A DNA stretch of 64,000 nt from a virus, in the IMG/VR virus record IMGVR_UViG_3300045988_175628. One strand, written 5' to 3'. The translations under genes and the position numbers were made by a program. The notes under the pieces were generated by a model. The model saw only the letters and a list, made by a program, of their open reading frames with translations. It did no database searches and was not told where the DNA came from. Positions 10,539 to 21,918 of the stretch are shown here, piece by piece; within the stretch, counting starts at the first letter, position 1, and each line of letters opens with the position of its first letter.

Positions 10539-11894
10539 TTATAAATTAATTAATTGTCCTCCAGTATTATGAAGTCTATAAAGTCCCGAAGTAGTTAATA
10601 ACTCTCCTCGTACAGAATCAAATATACAAAATGTATCCACATAAGGAACAGGACCAGTATAGTTAACTAGGCCTTCTCTGAAAATTCTATAACTGGGAAT
10701 AGGTGATTCAGAGTAAGTTTTCATATCATATATAGTTTTACCCACCTTATAAAAATCTATAGGAAATTGTTTTGCAATGATTTTTGCAAATTTTACATTA
10801 TAAAAAGGACTAATAGAATAGATTCTATCCAAGAAATATAAAGAATCATTAATTTTCCAGAGAAGCGCTCTTGCGCAAATCTTTTTTTTCTCATCAAGAG
10901 CTACCACAATTTTTGTATGAGCTCGCTCATAAAATTCAAAAAAATCTTGACATTCTGGAAATCTCATACAGGAATGATGTAATGTAGAACTAATACAGTC
11001 AAGTTCTTCTGCATAATTGTCTTCTAAATAACCCTCTCGAATTCTTTCAGAATCCCAAATTTCTACATTTAGCTCTTCTCCCCATCCAGAAACAAAATTA
11101 GATATTCTTTCAATATCACATCTGTCTAAATAAGGTTTCCAATTAAATTTATTAAGTAGTCTTCCAATAGTAGTTGTTCTCCTATTAGAGCTCTCCCAAG
11201 GATTGGAACATTGCTCAATCTTTTCTATCGGAAGATATGAAACTTTACCAGTATTAAAGTCTATATCAATAAAATTGAGTTTCGGAGAAGGATTTAGTTC
11301 TAAAATAGCATCTAATCCTGCGGGAAACTCTTTCATTACAGATGTAAACTTATCAGACATTTTAATAATATTCCTATCCAAATCATATTCCTCAAATTTA
11401 ATAGGAACATCGCATTCAGTTATAGAAGTTAATATCCAACTAGATACAGAAGAAATAACTCTCGCACCTTTTTTGGGAGGTTTCCTAAACCCCATTGTGT
11501 CAAAAGTTCTTATTGGAACTAACTGTCCTTGCCATAGTAACTCTCGTATACTTCCATGTAAATACTCTTCATAATCATATTCACTGTCAGAATAATACAA
11601 TGTAATGGGATCTAGAGTATGAGCTTTCTTTTTAAGTTTTTCTTTTAAACTTTCCTCCCTATTACTCCAAAGTTCATGCACCTCCTTCCATGATAAATCC
11701 TTTGGACTAGGAGTGTCTATCCAGCGTAAGGAACAGTTAAATATATCTGGAGTTATACGAGATAAAATAAATGGTTTGCAGCTTAACTCATAACGATAGC
11801 CTTTTATACGCAATCCTTTATTAAATTGTTCTACTAAACCGAGTTCATTACAGAATGTAACGAACTCCTCGTAAAAAAAATCTAATACATCCAT
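10539..11894 (-). CDS. hypothetical protein (451 aa)
   Basis: Long uninterrupted ORF, no recognisable motif. Confidence 0.45.
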   Translation of the reverse strand: MDVLDFFYEEFVTFCNELGLVEQFNKGLRIKGYRYELSCKPFILSRITPDIFNCSLRWIDTPSPKDLSWKEVHELWSNREESLKEKLKKKAHTLDPITLYYSDSEYDYEEYLHGSIRELLWQGQLVPIRTFDTMGFRKPPKKGARVISSVSSWILTSITECDVPIKFEEYDLDRNIIKMSDKFTSVMKEFPAGLDAILELNPSPKLNFIDIDFNTGKVSYLPIEKIEQCSNPWESSNRRTTTIGRLLNKFNWKPYLDRCDIERISNFVSGWGEELNVEIWDSERIREGYLEDNYAEELDCISSTLHHSCMRFPECQDFFEFYERAHTKIVVALDEKKKICARALLWKINDSLYFLDRIYSISPFYNVKFAKIIAKQFPIDFYKVGKTIYDMKTYSESPIPSYRIFREGLVNYTGPVPYVDTFCIFDSVRGELLTTSGLYRLHNTGGQLINL

Positions 11895-12280
11895 TTTTTA
11901 TTTCTCTTATATATCTTTTTTGACTCTTTAATTTTAGTTTTGGGAAGAGGTTTTCCATATAATTGGATTTCCTCTTCCCGTGATTTTTTTCTTACAGCTT
12001 TTACGTAATCCAAAATACGTCTATTTTCTAGAGAATTTAGCTTTCCACTCATCTCCCCATCTTTTTCCTTTTTCATAACGTAGATCGATTGTGTAATCAC
12101 TATAATCGTAGTCGCTAACTATTGTCTTGGGATTGGGAATATTACAATCAAAATCCTCATCTTGCAATCTTAAAAAATTACTTTTTAGATAATTTTTTAT
12201 TCTTCTTTTAATAATTCTGTGATAAATTCCTTTAAGACCTTTATCTTTAAAAATTGGAAGCTTGCGACTCTTTGACATAG

Positions 12281-12772
12281 TTAAATTTTACGATTTAAAT
12301 AATTACTGAAATCTGTTTTCACAGGACAGTATTCTTCATTAGCAAATAATGATGATGTAAGAATCATATCTGCAGTTGTTCTATTTGTAGCAAAAGCAAT
12401 GTTATATAAAGAAGCTAGTCGTGTTAATGCCGATATATCTGTTTGATGCCCTTGTTGAATAAGATTATCACAAAAGAAAATCAATACATCAACTTGCCCT
12501 TGAGCAATCATAGCTCCTATCATCTGATCTCCTCCAAGCGGACCTGATAGAACTGGAATTACATTTAGAGGAGCTGTATATTGATTATAATAACAACAGT
12601 GAACAGAATCATAATCTCCAAAATCTACTCTAATGGAACTAAGTAACTTAGCGGTTGTTCCAGTGGCAATTAAATGATGAGAATATAATGTTGTTCCATT
12701 AAATCTAACCCAATCAACTAACTCTTGTTTTCGAGCATCATGTGCAATAAGTGCAATATTAAGTATCTTCAT
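12281..12772 (-). CDS. mgsA: methylglyoxal synthase-like protein
   Basis: 'IALIAHDARK', 'ATGTTAKLL', 'GPLGGDQMIGAMIAQGQVDVLIFFCDNL' match MgsA signature regions. Confidence 0.75.
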   Translation of the reverse strand: MKILNIALIAHDARKQELVDWVRFNGTTLYSHHLIATGTTAKLLSSIRVDFGDYDSVHCCYYNQYTAPLNVIPVLSGPLGGDQMIGAMIAQGQVDVLIFFCDNLIQQGHQTDISALTRLASLYNIAFATNRTTADMILTSSLFANEEYCPVKTDFSNYLNRKI

Positions 12773-13096
12773 TTAAAACAATTTTTCTGGATCTTTAAAG
12801 TTCAATAATTCATTAGGTGAAATATAATAGTAACCTATTTTGTAGTCTGCATATTTCACAGTTTTACATTGCTTATAAACCTTAACATCAGGAAATCCTA
12901 AAGGAAATAACCAATAATAATAAATATCCTCAGAAGTACTGGTTTCCCAATTTTTATTTCCAAATCTAGATAGCAAGATCATTTTAATCTGTGCTTTAGT
13001 TAATTCAATGTAGTCTCCTCTTTCTCCGTGAACTACTCTTTCAAACCCATCTGCAAATAAAAATCCATTTTTAAGAAACAATTTTTGCTCAATCAT
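12773..13096 (-). CDS. hypothetical protein
   Basis: 107-aa ORF. Confidence 0.35.
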   Translation of the reverse strand: MIEQKLFLKNGFLFADGFERVVHGERGDYIELTKAQIKMILLSRFGNKNWETSTSEDIYYYWLFPLGFPDVKVYKQCKTVKYADYKIGYYYISPNELLNFKDPEKLF

Positions 13097-13111
13097 AATT
13101 CACATTTTATA

Positions 13112-13187
13112 GGGTGTATAGTCGAATTTGAATCGACGACCTCCAGAGTCACAATCTGGCACTCTAACCAACTGAGCTATATACACC
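13112..13187 (-). tRNA. tRNA-His (anticodon GTG)
   Basis: Cloverleaf: acceptor GGTGTAT/ATACACC, D-arm AGCTCAGTTGGTTAGAGT, anticodon loop TTGTGAC, T-loop TTCAAAT. Confidence 0.8.
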
Positions 13188-13386
13188 ATGTAGGAGGTTA
13201 TTCCTCCTTATATACCTTGTTCTCTTTTAAGAATTTACCAATATAAACTCCTACACTTAAAGGAGCATAGACTCCTGCAAATAATAAAAGTATGTAATCA
13301 GAAAATTTCCAAGTTTTCCCATTGTCGGATCCCAGAATAATTCCTGCACAAATTAAATAATATACTAAAGAAAATAGCATCATAAT

Positions 13387-13881
13387 TTATTCTTTAGGGA
13401 TTATAAAACTAGACGGGATTTTAACAAGAAAAGTACTGTCAACTTTGACAATTGCATCTAGTCTACCTTTACGTCTGTATACTTTAAACATAGCTTCTCT
13501 ATCAGTAGTAAAACTGCTAAAATCAATTTTACCTTTTAGAGAACGTATTAAAGAAATTCTAGGACAAACACACCATGATGTACCTAACTCAAAGACTATA
13601 TAATCTGCTTGTCCAAACAACCATCCTTTTTCTCCATTTACATTTCTTAATTCAATCCAATGAATACAATAATTAGGAAGAGAATCAGAACGATTAGTTT
13701 TCTTTGCAGCTTTCACATCAAAACTGTTTGTCCCAATCCAAATATCAATGTGACGATAAATATCATCTTCCTTACTAGCTTCCTCTACCAAAGAAGATGA
13801 TAACCCTCTAGCTTTACAAAAATCAGAAGCAAACTCTGCTTCCTTTTTCTTACCTTCTTCTAGAAAATTATTAGGAATCAT
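13387..13881 (-). CDS. hypothetical protein
   Basis: 164-aa ORF. Confidence 0.4.
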   Translation of the reverse strand: MIPNNFLEEGKKKEAEFASDFCKARGLSSSLVEEASKEDDIYRHIDIWIGTNSFDVKAAKKTNRSDSLPNYCIHWIELRNVNGEKGWLFGQADYIVFELGTSWCVCPRISLIRSLKGKIDFSSFTTDREAMFKVYRRKGRLDAIVKVDSTFLVKIPSSFIIPKE

Positions 13882-14129
13882 GTTTGCAATGAGCTTCTAC
13901 CTCTTCTAAAGAACTAAATATTTTATCTTCTCTAATAGATTCTTGTTTCCCATCAAGACGATAATAGATACTTACGTATCCTGGGTATGTGTTCTAATAG
14001 AGGTAATTCTATAAGGGGTTGTATCAGGAACTTCTACATCAATAAAGTATCCTCTAGAAAAATCAAGAGCAGTTTTCTTTAAATAAACTTCTTGCCCTAT
14101 AGCGTATTTTGTATGTATTATTAATTCCA

Positions 14130-14675
14130 TTAATCTACAATTTGCACAAATCTTTGTTTTTCTGTAGTTACATAAGGATTTTTATCCACTACATCAACAG
14201 TTACAATTTTTTGTTTTTTCGTAAACCATCTTGGAAGGAACCACTTCCTTTGCTTAATTGGTTCTTTTTTCCAAGAAGTAATAATATACTTTTCATTGTT
14301 AAACTCGCTTGACACTCCTACTTCATTTGGATATTCAAGATGTAGACAAGTTTTAGCCCATTTATCTTGAATACACGTATCAAGTTTAAAACCAGGATCT
14401 TTAAATATAGTATCTCTAATAAAAATAGTATCTGACTTAGAAATATGTTCTAACTGATATTGTAAAGATTCTAATTTCTTATCCTTTATTTTGAGTTCTT
14501 GGGCTACTTCTTGCATTTTCACAAGAATTGAATCATTCATGTGGGTCATTTGAGCTAACTCAAATCTAAAAACTATATTACTCTCTTTCAAGGCTGAGTT
14601 TTCAGCCGAGTATGCTTTTTCATTATTAACGGATATATCTAATGATTTATTTAAATCATTTATCCTTACATTCAT
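14130..14675 (-). CDS. hypothetical coiled-coil protein
   Basis: 181-aa ORF. Confidence 0.4.
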   Translation of the reverse strand: MNVRINDLNKSLDISVNNEKAYSAENSALKESNIVFRFELAQMTHMNDSILVKMQEVAQELKIKDKKLESLQYQLEHISKSDTIFIRDTIFKDPGFKLDTCIQDKWAKTCLHLEYPNEVGVSSEFNNEKYIITSWKKEPIKQRKWFLPRWFTKKQKIVTVDVVDKNPYVTTEKQRFVQIVD

Positions 14676-14824
14676 GAAGTAAACAGTTATTCCTAAAATA
14701 ATTGCAACTCCACTTAAAATTTTAGTTATTCAACTTCTCATACGTTATATGTTTATAAATAGCCCATAACATAGGACTAAGTATGATAGCAATAGCTAAT
14801 AGTAATCCAATCAACCACCACATA

Positions 14825-15361
14825 TTAATTATCGCAAAGTTCAACAATTTTGAATCTTAGTGCTTCACTAAATCGAATTAGTTCCATACGATCTTTTATT
14901 CTTTTCCCATACCATTTACCAGCTCCAGGATTATGTAGTTTAATTGCTCTATCAATATCTCTAGTTGGATTATAATGGTCATTCATCATTTCAAACATAG
15001 TTAAAGCTTTATCAAGATCCCAAGCATCCTCTAACACAAAATTAGTGTTATATAAGTTATTAACTTCATCAACATAAATTTTAGTAATTTGGAATGGGCC
15101 TATTGCATTTTTACTAGATTTTACTTTTGGATTTCTCTCACATTCTACTTCAACAAGTGCCATGATAAAAACTTGCCATTCTGTAAGAGAATCACGAGTT
15201 TCTGTGATTGTAGTAATTGGATTAGTTAGAACTACGGGATTTGGTTTAATTGGGCTCCCAAATATTGCAAATATTCCAATAATAGTTACACAACCTATAA
15301 AAATTCGTTTATAAATCATATTTTTAAGTTTTATAGCAGAGGTGGCAGGACTCGAACCCAC
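14825..15361 (-). CDS. putative lysozyme-like/lytic transglycosylase-domain protein with N-terminal TM segment
   Basis: TM helix then '…EVECERNP…GPFQI' reminiscent of SLT E…GxxQI motif. Confidence 0.35.
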   Translation of the reverse strand: MGSSPATSAIKLKNMIYKRIFIGCVTIIGIFAIFGSPIKPNPVVLTNPITTITETRDSLTEWQVFIMALVEVECERNPKVKSSKNAIGPFQITKIYVDEVNNLYNTNFVLEDAWDLDKALTMFEMMNDHYNPTRDIDRAIKLHNPGAGKWYGKRIKDRMELIRFSEALRFKIVELCDN

Positions 15362-15420
15362 ACCTGGAGTTTTGGAGGCTCCCGTTTACGGTTTTGCTTA
15401 CCACTACAGTTTTCACTGCC
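15341..15420 (-). ncRNA. atypical tRNA-like element (T-arm GGGTTCGAGTCC, CCA-anticodon-like loop CTCCAAA, no canonical acceptor pairing)
   Basis: Strong T-arm and a Trp-like anticodon stem-loop, but I could not find a 5' acceptor strand complementary to the 3' end. Confidence 0.3.
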
Positions 15421-15479
15421 TTTCGTTTGTGGTCTAGAGTACGTCTTCACCATATCTTTCGACTTAGGTGCACGATTAT

Positions 15480-15890
15480 CTACTCGTTCGCGGCTAGAAT
15501 TCCTTCTATTCCGACGTCGTTACCATCAGCATTATCTGTTAAGGATTCAACGTTATCATCGTGTCCACTATTAGTGTTTCCACTAATAGGCTCCATTTGT
15601 TTAAAATTATTTTTGTAATCTTGACAACTGTTTACGCCAATAGAACTTCTATACTGAGAAGAGAAATGCACAGGTAAAATATATAAGTCTTTAGTATCTA
15701 AGTCAACTCCAATAAAATAATCTATATCTTTTTCAGTATACAGTTTTACTTTATATTCTCCCATATTATGAGATATTTTTCTCACTGGAATTATTCTTCT
15801 ACCATTACTTTCTATTTGTATAGTTTTAATCTGCAGTTTAATATATTTATTATCTTTTTCTGCAATTAAATCTACTTTTCCATTCTCCAA
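15480..15890 (-). CDS. small PD-(D/E)xK-like nuclease candidate
   Basis: 'VDLIAEKDNKYIKLQIKT' resembles D…(D/E)xK nuclease core; paralog of 30759..31157; sits immediately upstream of tRNA-like element 15341..15420. Confidence 0.3.
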   Translation of the reverse strand: MENGKVDLIAEKDNKYIKLQIKTIQIESNGRRIIPVRKISHNMGEYKVKLYTEKDIDYFIGVDLDTKDLYILPVHFSSQYRSSIGVNSCQDYKNNFKQMEPISGNTNSGHDDNVESLTDNADGNDVGIEGILAANE

Positions 15891-16044
15891 AACAGGTTTA
15901 AATAGATTATACCCGTTTTCAATAAATTTCTGTTCTACTAGCAGGCTACCTAAGTAACCTTTTTCAATTGTTTTTCAATCACTCATAATTTTATTCAGTT
16001 AAAGACCGCTGTGCTACCATTACACTACACCCCTATTCTTTCTA

Positions 16045-16497
16045 TTATTTCTTTCGACTCCTATGAATTAGATCTTCTTTACCTTTAATAGGTGCCTTTT
16101 CTACAAATAGTTCTCCAGAAGGCCCTAAAATAGTAGCATAAACATTAAATCCATTTATAGTAAGATATGTGTAAATTACATCTAGTTCAGAACCAATATA
16201 AGATTTTATAAGACGAGATAGTCCATAATCACCTTCTATAGAAAGTACTCGGGAACCTTTTGCATGCCAAAGACATTTTTCTTGTTCATTCCAAGTAGGA
16301 GGCATTGTAGAAACACAAGCCTTGCCTCCAGTTATATATAAATAAAGTTCTTCACTCATAGGAAGTTTAGTTATAGTATAATTGTCATAAGTATAAGGAG
16401 AACTACATATACCTTCAGTACTAATAGTAAAACTAGGTATACTAGATATGTCAGTTATATTTCGACATGAAATCATTAATTCTCCAGGGAGTCCCAT
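16045..16497 (-). CDS. hypothetical protein
   Basis: 150-aa ORF. Confidence 0.4.
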   Translation of the reverse strand: MGLPGELMISCRNITDISSIPSFTISTEGICSSPYTYDNYTITKLPMSEELYLYITGGKACVSTMPPTWNEQEKCLWHAKGSRVLSIEGDYGLSRLIKSYIGSELDVIYTYLTINGFNVYATILGPSGELFVEKAPIKGKEDLIHRSRKK

Positions 16498-16602
16498 ATC
16501 GCCTTTGGGACCTGGATCACCTCCTCAATTTGATCCTACTGGAAATGTTGTTGTTGAATTAGAATTTGTATTATTCATTTTTTAACATATTTAAAATATT
16601 TG

Positions 16603-16690
16603 TACCTCTGACAGGACTCGAACCTGCACCCTACTATTACTTCAGACTACGGCCTAAACGTAGCGTGTCTACCAGTTCCACCACAGAGGC
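16603..16690 (-). tRNA. tRNA-Leu (anticodon TAG), type II
   Basis: Acceptor GCCTCTG/CAGAGGT, anticodon loop TTTAGGC, long variable arm, T-loop TTCGAGT. Confidence 0.75.
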
Positions 16691-16695
16691 CTCTT

Positions 16696-17196
16696 TTATA
16701 GTAATAAATGTAATTGATTTATATCAGTTACTACTGTAACCATTTCTTTCACATTATCTTGAATTAATGGGCAGTCTAGGAACCATTGCCAATGATTTCC
16801 AATTAAACAAATCAATGGTTTTTTCTTACGTCGTCTACATTCATCTAGTGTTAAGCATAATTCTGCTAAAGTGCCAATTCCTCCAACCTGAACAATAAAT
16901 ACATCACTTGAGGAAATTAACATTCTAAGTCTATGATAAATATCAGGAGCTACAGTGTATTTGGTTAAATATGGATTACCTTTAGTAAATCCAAATGTAG
17001 CACAAGTAAAACCTTCCACTTCAGCTCCAACAGCGCTAGCTCCTAACGAGACAGCTTTCATCAATCCTCCATAACCTCCGTTATAGACTTTGTAGCCACA
17101 TTCAGCAAGAATATTTCCTATATAGACAGAATCTGAATATTCTTTAGAAGCCTCATCTGTTCTTGCTGCTCCAAAAAAAGTTGCTATTTTACCCAT
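16696..17196 (-). CDS. LOG-family (TIGR00730) nucleotide-binding/phosphoribohydrolase protein
   Basis: 'GGYGGLM' and 'GGIGTLAEL' LOG signatures. Confidence 0.7.
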   Translation of the reverse strand: MGKIATFFGAARTDEASKEYSDSVYIGNILAECGYKVYNGGYGGLMKAVSLGASAVGAEVEGFTCATFGFTKGNPYLTKYTVAPDIYHRLRMLISSSDVFIVQVGGIGTLAELCLTLDECRRRKKKPLICLIGNHWQWFLDCPLIQDNVKEMVTVVTDINQLHLLL

Positions 17197-17391
17197 ATAC
17201 TTTCTCTAGTTGAAGTTCAACTACATCTTTAAAAACTTTATACTTATCATCAAGTAAGTTTACTGAAGCTGTACGTTTATCTTTATTAAATGTAAACATT
17301 GTTACATGTGAAAAGTTAAAAACATATGTATCTCCAGTTTCTAAAACTATCCTAATTACTAACGGTTTCATAATTTATACTTTCATTTTTG

Positions 17392-17476
17392 CGGAGAGCA
17401 GTGGAATCGAACCACATGCCAGAAAGGCACACATTGCTTAGCAGGCAAGCCCTATCACCATCAAGGATTACTCTCC
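17392..17476 (-). tRNA. tRNA-Ser (anticodon GCT), type II
   Basis: Acceptor GGAGAGT/GCTCTCC, anticodon loop CTGCTAA, long variable arm, discriminator G. Confidence 0.7.
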
Positions 17477-17482
17477 AAACCT

Positions 17483-17863
17483 TTAGACGTCCTTCAAAAA
17501 ATTAAATCTAAGGACAATGTAAATTATTCCTGTTATTACTATTGCTTCAGCAAGTAATCCAATAGAAATCATACTTCCTAGAGCTGCAATAACCCAAATG
17601 AGAATTGCTGTTGTTAAGTTAGCTATATTAGTGGATTTGTCCTTCCAAATGATTCCAGCACCAATAAAGCCAACTCCAGAAGCTATCTGGGCAGCTACTC
17701 TAGAAGGGTCTCCACCTATTCTTGTAGAGATATATGTAAATATAAAAGATCCTAACATTAGTAGAACAACGGAACGAATTCCAATTACCTTGTTAGTTTT
17801 TTGTCTTTCATATCCAAGAACTGCTCCACAAAAAATTAATATAGCTAAATTAAGAAAGAACAT
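17483..17863 (-). CDS. MgtC/SapB-family membrane protein
   Basis: 'LGYERQ' motif and multi-TM profile typical of MgtC. Confidence 0.65.
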   Translation of the reverse strand: MFFLNLAILIFCGAVLGYERQKTNKVIGIRSVVLLMLGSFIFTYISTRIGGDPSRVAAQIASGVGFIGAGIIWKDKSTNIANLTTAILIWVIAALGSMISIGLLAEAIVITGIIYIVLRFNFLKDV

Positions 17864-18208
17864 ACTAAATATAAACTAACTTGTTACATTTTGGACATGA
17901 ATAGATGCTTATAACATTTCCATTAGCATCCTTAGTTTCTCCTATATATCGTAAAGGAGATCCACATATATTACAGTAAAGCATTGTTAAAATTATTTAA
18001 ATATACTGTTAAAAACAACCCAAGCCCATACTTCCTCATAGGCTATGATTTTCTCACACATGCAAAAAGCATATCTGCCATAAGGATGAATAAAAATATG
18101 CTCCTGAGTCATGTTATTTCTAAAAGTATAACCTTTCTTTTTAAGGTATCTTAAAAGGAACCACCTAGAAAATTTGTTTGTATGTATATAAATATACTGT
18201 GTCATAAA

Positions 18209-18640
18209 TTAATTGACTTTAATTTTTCCATTCCATTTTGGCAAACTTTTTCCTTCTTGTACTGCTTTCCGCCAATCATGTTCATAATCAATAACTTTTT
18301 GAATATAATCTAGAAGTTCATGTCTCTTATAATTGCTCAATAATGTAATAATATTTTCCCTTCCAACAGGATTAGCAGACTGACTAGCAAACTCAGGAAG
18401 TTTTTTACCCTCATCAATACACCGATCCACAATATACTTAGCTATATCATATCCAGATTTCTCTTCCCCTAAATCATGATCTAGACAAATTGCATCAGGC
18501 CATTCTTTCTCAAGAAAATCAATCGCTTCTTGGTAAGATTGAGCCCATATTACTTTACAATTTCTACCAATTGGACTAAAATTCATCCAATCATCTTCCA
18601 TTGGATTCCTAGCGTCATCTACCCAAAGAAGTGTTTTCAT
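18209..18640 (-). CDS. receiver (CheY-like)-domain protein
   Basis: 'LLWVDDARN…DHDLG' acidic pocket pattern of receiver-like domains. Confidence 0.45.
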   Translation of the reverse strand: MKTLLWVDDARNPMEDDWMNFSPIGRNCKVIWAQSYQEAIDFLEKEWPDAICLDHDLGEEKSGYDIAKYIVDRCIDEGKKLPEFASQSANPVGRENIITLLSNYKRHELLDYIQKVIDYEHDWRKAVQEGKSLPKWNGKIKVN

Positions 18641-19095
18641 TATTCTTAAATTTTTCTTTTAAATATACAGAGGTATTTATATAAAGGTGCAAATTGAGGT
18701 ATAACAACTTCTTGTATAAGTTCCCATCCTTGATCTCCGTGTAAATTTAGCCAATCAATAAAATCCTCACCTTGATATGGAGTAAAAGTATCTTCCTTGT
18801 ATTCTCATTTTGTCATTGTACTTTAACTTACTATATAAGATTTAATGCTCTTATAATTCCAGCTTCTAAACAATCTAGATAACTAGTATATACTTCAGAG
18901 AAAGTATCATATGGTTCATCCTCTTGAGAATCAATTTTATAAATAACAAACATCCAACCATGAGGATACCATTGTATCTCTACATGTAGGAATTTTTTCT
19001 CCCGCAGCCAATCCAAAATATCATATAAACTAGAAGAGTTATTATATAATGGAATCTTTTTATTAGCTAACTTTTTAATTTGGTCATTAATCATT

Positions 19096-19284
19096 TTATA
19101 ATTCTTTAGTCTTTCCACAACTAATACACTTACTATATGTAGTACAAGCTAAATTAGACGTTCCAAGGGAAAGTAAACTTGAAAAAATTCTTGCTACACC
19201 AGAAGCCCCATATCCATCTTCTGTATAAATAACATGAATAGTTTCCCTACCACAATTTGGACAGTATGTTTTTATTTGTTTCAT
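19096..19284 (-). CDS. small zinc-ribbon protein
   Basis: CPNCG…CISCG paired CxxC. Confidence 0.4.
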   Translation of the reverse strand: MKQIKTYCPNCGRETIHVIYTEDGYGASGVARIFSSLLSLGTSNLACTTYSKCISCGKTKEL

Positions 19285-19548
19285 ACTAAAAGCATAATAA
19301 TTTTGATAGTTGGTCTACATTTGTCCTATATAAGTCATTAGGCCAAATATCTAATTCTCCATGAATATCTATTCGACATACCTGACCTTTATATACAATA
19401 TAGTACCCTCTTAGTTTGTTTTCCATGATTTGAATACGAACATCATTAAAAGCTAGTTCATTTTCTATAATTCCAACTAACTTACCTTCAGGATTATATA
19501 AAGGAACATGATCTTCTTCAATGTTATTGTTAATTTTAATCTCTTTCA

Positions 19549-19923
19549 TTATAGTTCAATTAATCCATCCTCAATAGTAAGATTTTCTAAATCAACAATA
19601 GATTTTAAAGTAGCAATTGTTTCAGGTTTAAATGTTACAGGAAAACCCATAGAATAATCTCCTTCAAAAACACATTCATTTTTATAAACCTTTCTAAGCA
19701 CATTGTCATCTCCATAATCATTCACTTCATAATAACCAGGAGTTTCAAAATAACTTTCAGGTATCCTAGCTGTTATAATATGGTTGTAGTCCAGAAATGG
19801 AGACCATGTACTTTCTGATTCTTTATGAATTTCACAATTTTTAAACCTGAAAATATAAACTTTTTCAGGTTTTACTTTGGAGAACATTAGGTCTCCATTT
19901 TTATCTCTGTATATCCATGCCAT
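19549..19923 (-). CDS. hypothetical protein
   Basis: 124-aa ORF. Confidence 0.35.
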   Translation of the reverse strand: MAWIYRDKNGDLMFSKVKPEKVYIFRFKNCEIHKESESTWSPFLDYNHIITARIPESYFETPGYYEVNDYGDDNVLRKVYKNECVFEGDYSMGFPVTFKPETIATLKSIVDLENLTIEDGLIEL

Positions 19924-19939
19924 ATTATAATGTTATTAG

Positions 19940-20024
19940 TACGGAGGGTGGGACTCGAACCCACAATGGCTATTCAGCCGCCAGTTTAGAAGACTGGTCC
20001 ATTATCCATTCTGGTCACCTCCGC
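19940..20024 (-). tRNA. type-II tRNA with anticodon loop CTTCTAA (anticodon TCT); isotype uncertain
   Basis: Acceptor GCGGAGG/CCTCCGT, anticodon stem CCAGT/ACTGG, extra arm GGCTGAATAGCC, T-arm GTGGG-TTCGAGT-CCCAC; an Arg anticodon on a Ser/Leu-like long-arm body is unusual. Confidence 0.55.
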
Positions 20025-20212
20025 AAACCTTTAATTACTCTATCCTATCTTTTAATATATTAAGATAATAAATAGTAAGCACGATCATTCCTCCGAAGTA
20101 GAATATTCCCCAAGGAGCAGACCACATAGTTAATGCAAATCCAAGTCCTAATAATAAACATAAAACAAAGATTCCAAAAACTATTACTGTGTATAAATCA
20201 AGATTATTCATT

Positions 20213-21274
20213 TTATTTGTAATAAGCATTTCTTTCAGAAGGAGACATATATTCCCATTCTACATTCTTAAACTCTTGAAGAGTTCTACATCCAGTATAA
20301 GACATAGCAGATCTTAATGCGGAATCAAATTGAGAAAGTAAAGACTCAAGAGTATATTCAACAGGAACCCAAATCTCGATTCCTTCTTCAGCCTTTTTAG
20401 TATCAGAAATGTCCTTTTGACCACGTTCACTTGCCATTCCGTAGTATAGTCTTTCTTTGGGGTACAGTCCAATAACTCGTTCTCTGTCTGCTTTAGTTAG
20501 AGACATAAAATATCTAAGCGTCTCAGGATTATCATCTAGTCCTTTTGTCCGAGTTTGCCCGCAAGCCTCCTCACATTGTGCAAACATTTTGCCCATCATT
20601 ACATAATCTGCACCCAAAGCTAAACATTTTATAGCTCTATCTATTGTAGAAATTCCTCCATCTGCAATGATTTTTGGAGCTTTTTTAGGTTTAGGAGAAT
20701 CTTTAATCATGGATTTACAATTAGATAGATGTCGTAACAACCATTCCATTGAAGCATGTATCCCAGTTTTTACTCCAGTAGTACACACACTACCAGTTCC
20801 AATTCCTACTCGAACATAATCTACTCCTGCATCATAGCATTCCCAATAAAGATCTGGATGTGCGATATTTCCTACCATTATAATAATAGTTCCCCATCTC
20901 TCCTTAGCCTTTTTGACTAATTCATAGATTTTTTTCATATGTCCATTAGCTAAATCAATAAGTACTAAAGGACACTCATCCGCTACTTCTCCTTCACAAA
21001 AGAAAGTCTCAAATTCTTTTAAACTAAATGCACACCATACATGATTACATGCATTAAGTCTAAATTGTAAATTATCAACACGTCGGGGAATAATAGGAAG
21101 AACATCGGCATCTGTAAAAAGTTGATAATTTGATTCATCAATTACAGATGTCATAGGAGCAACAAAGATAGGATAGGTTCCTAAATCTCCTAAAGGATCA
21201 CATTCACTACGACTTACAATATCAGTAGCTTTTGAACTAGGTAAAATACCTATTTCATCTAAACTATACATCAT
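20213..21274 (-). CDS. guaC: GMP reductase / IMPDH-family protein (GuaC-like)
   Basis: 'GIGTGSVCTTGVKTG', 'IIADGGI', about 350 aa without CBS insert. Confidence 0.7.
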   Translation of the reverse strand: MMYSLDEIGILPSSKATDIVSRSECDPLGDLGTYPIFVAPMTSVIDESNYQLFTDADVLPIIPRRVDNLQFRLNACNHVWCAFSLKEFETFFCEGEVADECPLVLIDLANGHMKKIYELVKKAKERWGTIIIMVGNIAHPDLYWECYDAGVDYVRVGIGTGSVCTTGVKTGIHASMEWLLRHLSNCKSMIKDSPKPKKAPKIIADGGISTIDRAIKCLALGADYVMMGKMFAQCEEACGQTRTKGLDDNPETLRYFMSLTKADRERVIGLYPKERLYYGMASERGQKDISDTKKAEEGIEIWVPVEYTLESLLSQFDSALRSAMSYTGCRTLQEFKNVEWEYMSPSERNAYYK

Positions 21275-21476
21275 CTTCTATTTCTTTTAAAATCTCGCAA
21301 ATTCAATATTCAGGATCGTTAATCAAATAATGATTCCCAAATTCATTTCTTAAGCACATTTCTTCATTCACTTTTGTGTCAGATAATGTTCTTAATGAAT
21401 TATACCTAAATCCTTCTCCTTCAGGAGCTTCAATTGATTGTATTCTATATAAGACAGTTTTCATACCTTTATTTTA

Positions 21477-21548
21477 GAGGTTCTAGAAGGATTCGAACCC
21501 TCGTTCTCAGATTCGTATTCTGAAGTTTTTCCAATTAAACTATAGAAC
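21477..21548 (-). tRNA. tRNA-Arg (anticodon ACG)
   Basis: Acceptor GGTTCTA/TAGAACC, anticodon stem TCAGA/TCTGA loop ATACGAA, T-loop TTCGAAT. Confidence 0.75.
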
Positions 21549-21918
21549 CAAAAGGTGGAATATTCCACCTTAGAATTATTCTGCTACCTTTTCACAGCCT
21601 ACTTCTGGAATTTCTGTAAAATACTCATTGTAAATTTTCTGAGCAATTTCCAGACAAATTTCGGCACTACGAAGATCATCACGCAGCTTAAACATTTGAC
21701 TTACCCACTCATCTGCTTTAAAGTCTGTGCCTACTACCAGTGATTCAGTAGATTTAATTGACAGATCCTCAAGATTCATAATCTTTGATTTAATCTGCCG
21801 AATTTCCTTTTCAATGAGATTAACTTGATCCTTTGCTGCTTCACGAGCATCAGCATTAATAATCTCTGCACGTTTCTTGAGTACTGCAGTACCAGTAGCA
21901 CTCAGAATTTCATTAAAT

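Noticed and set aside
21576-21779. MazG-like pyrophosphatase call for 21576..21779
   Set aside because: Extended table-4 translation upstream gives a generic coiled-coil sequence without the MazG EExxE/ExxD motifs.
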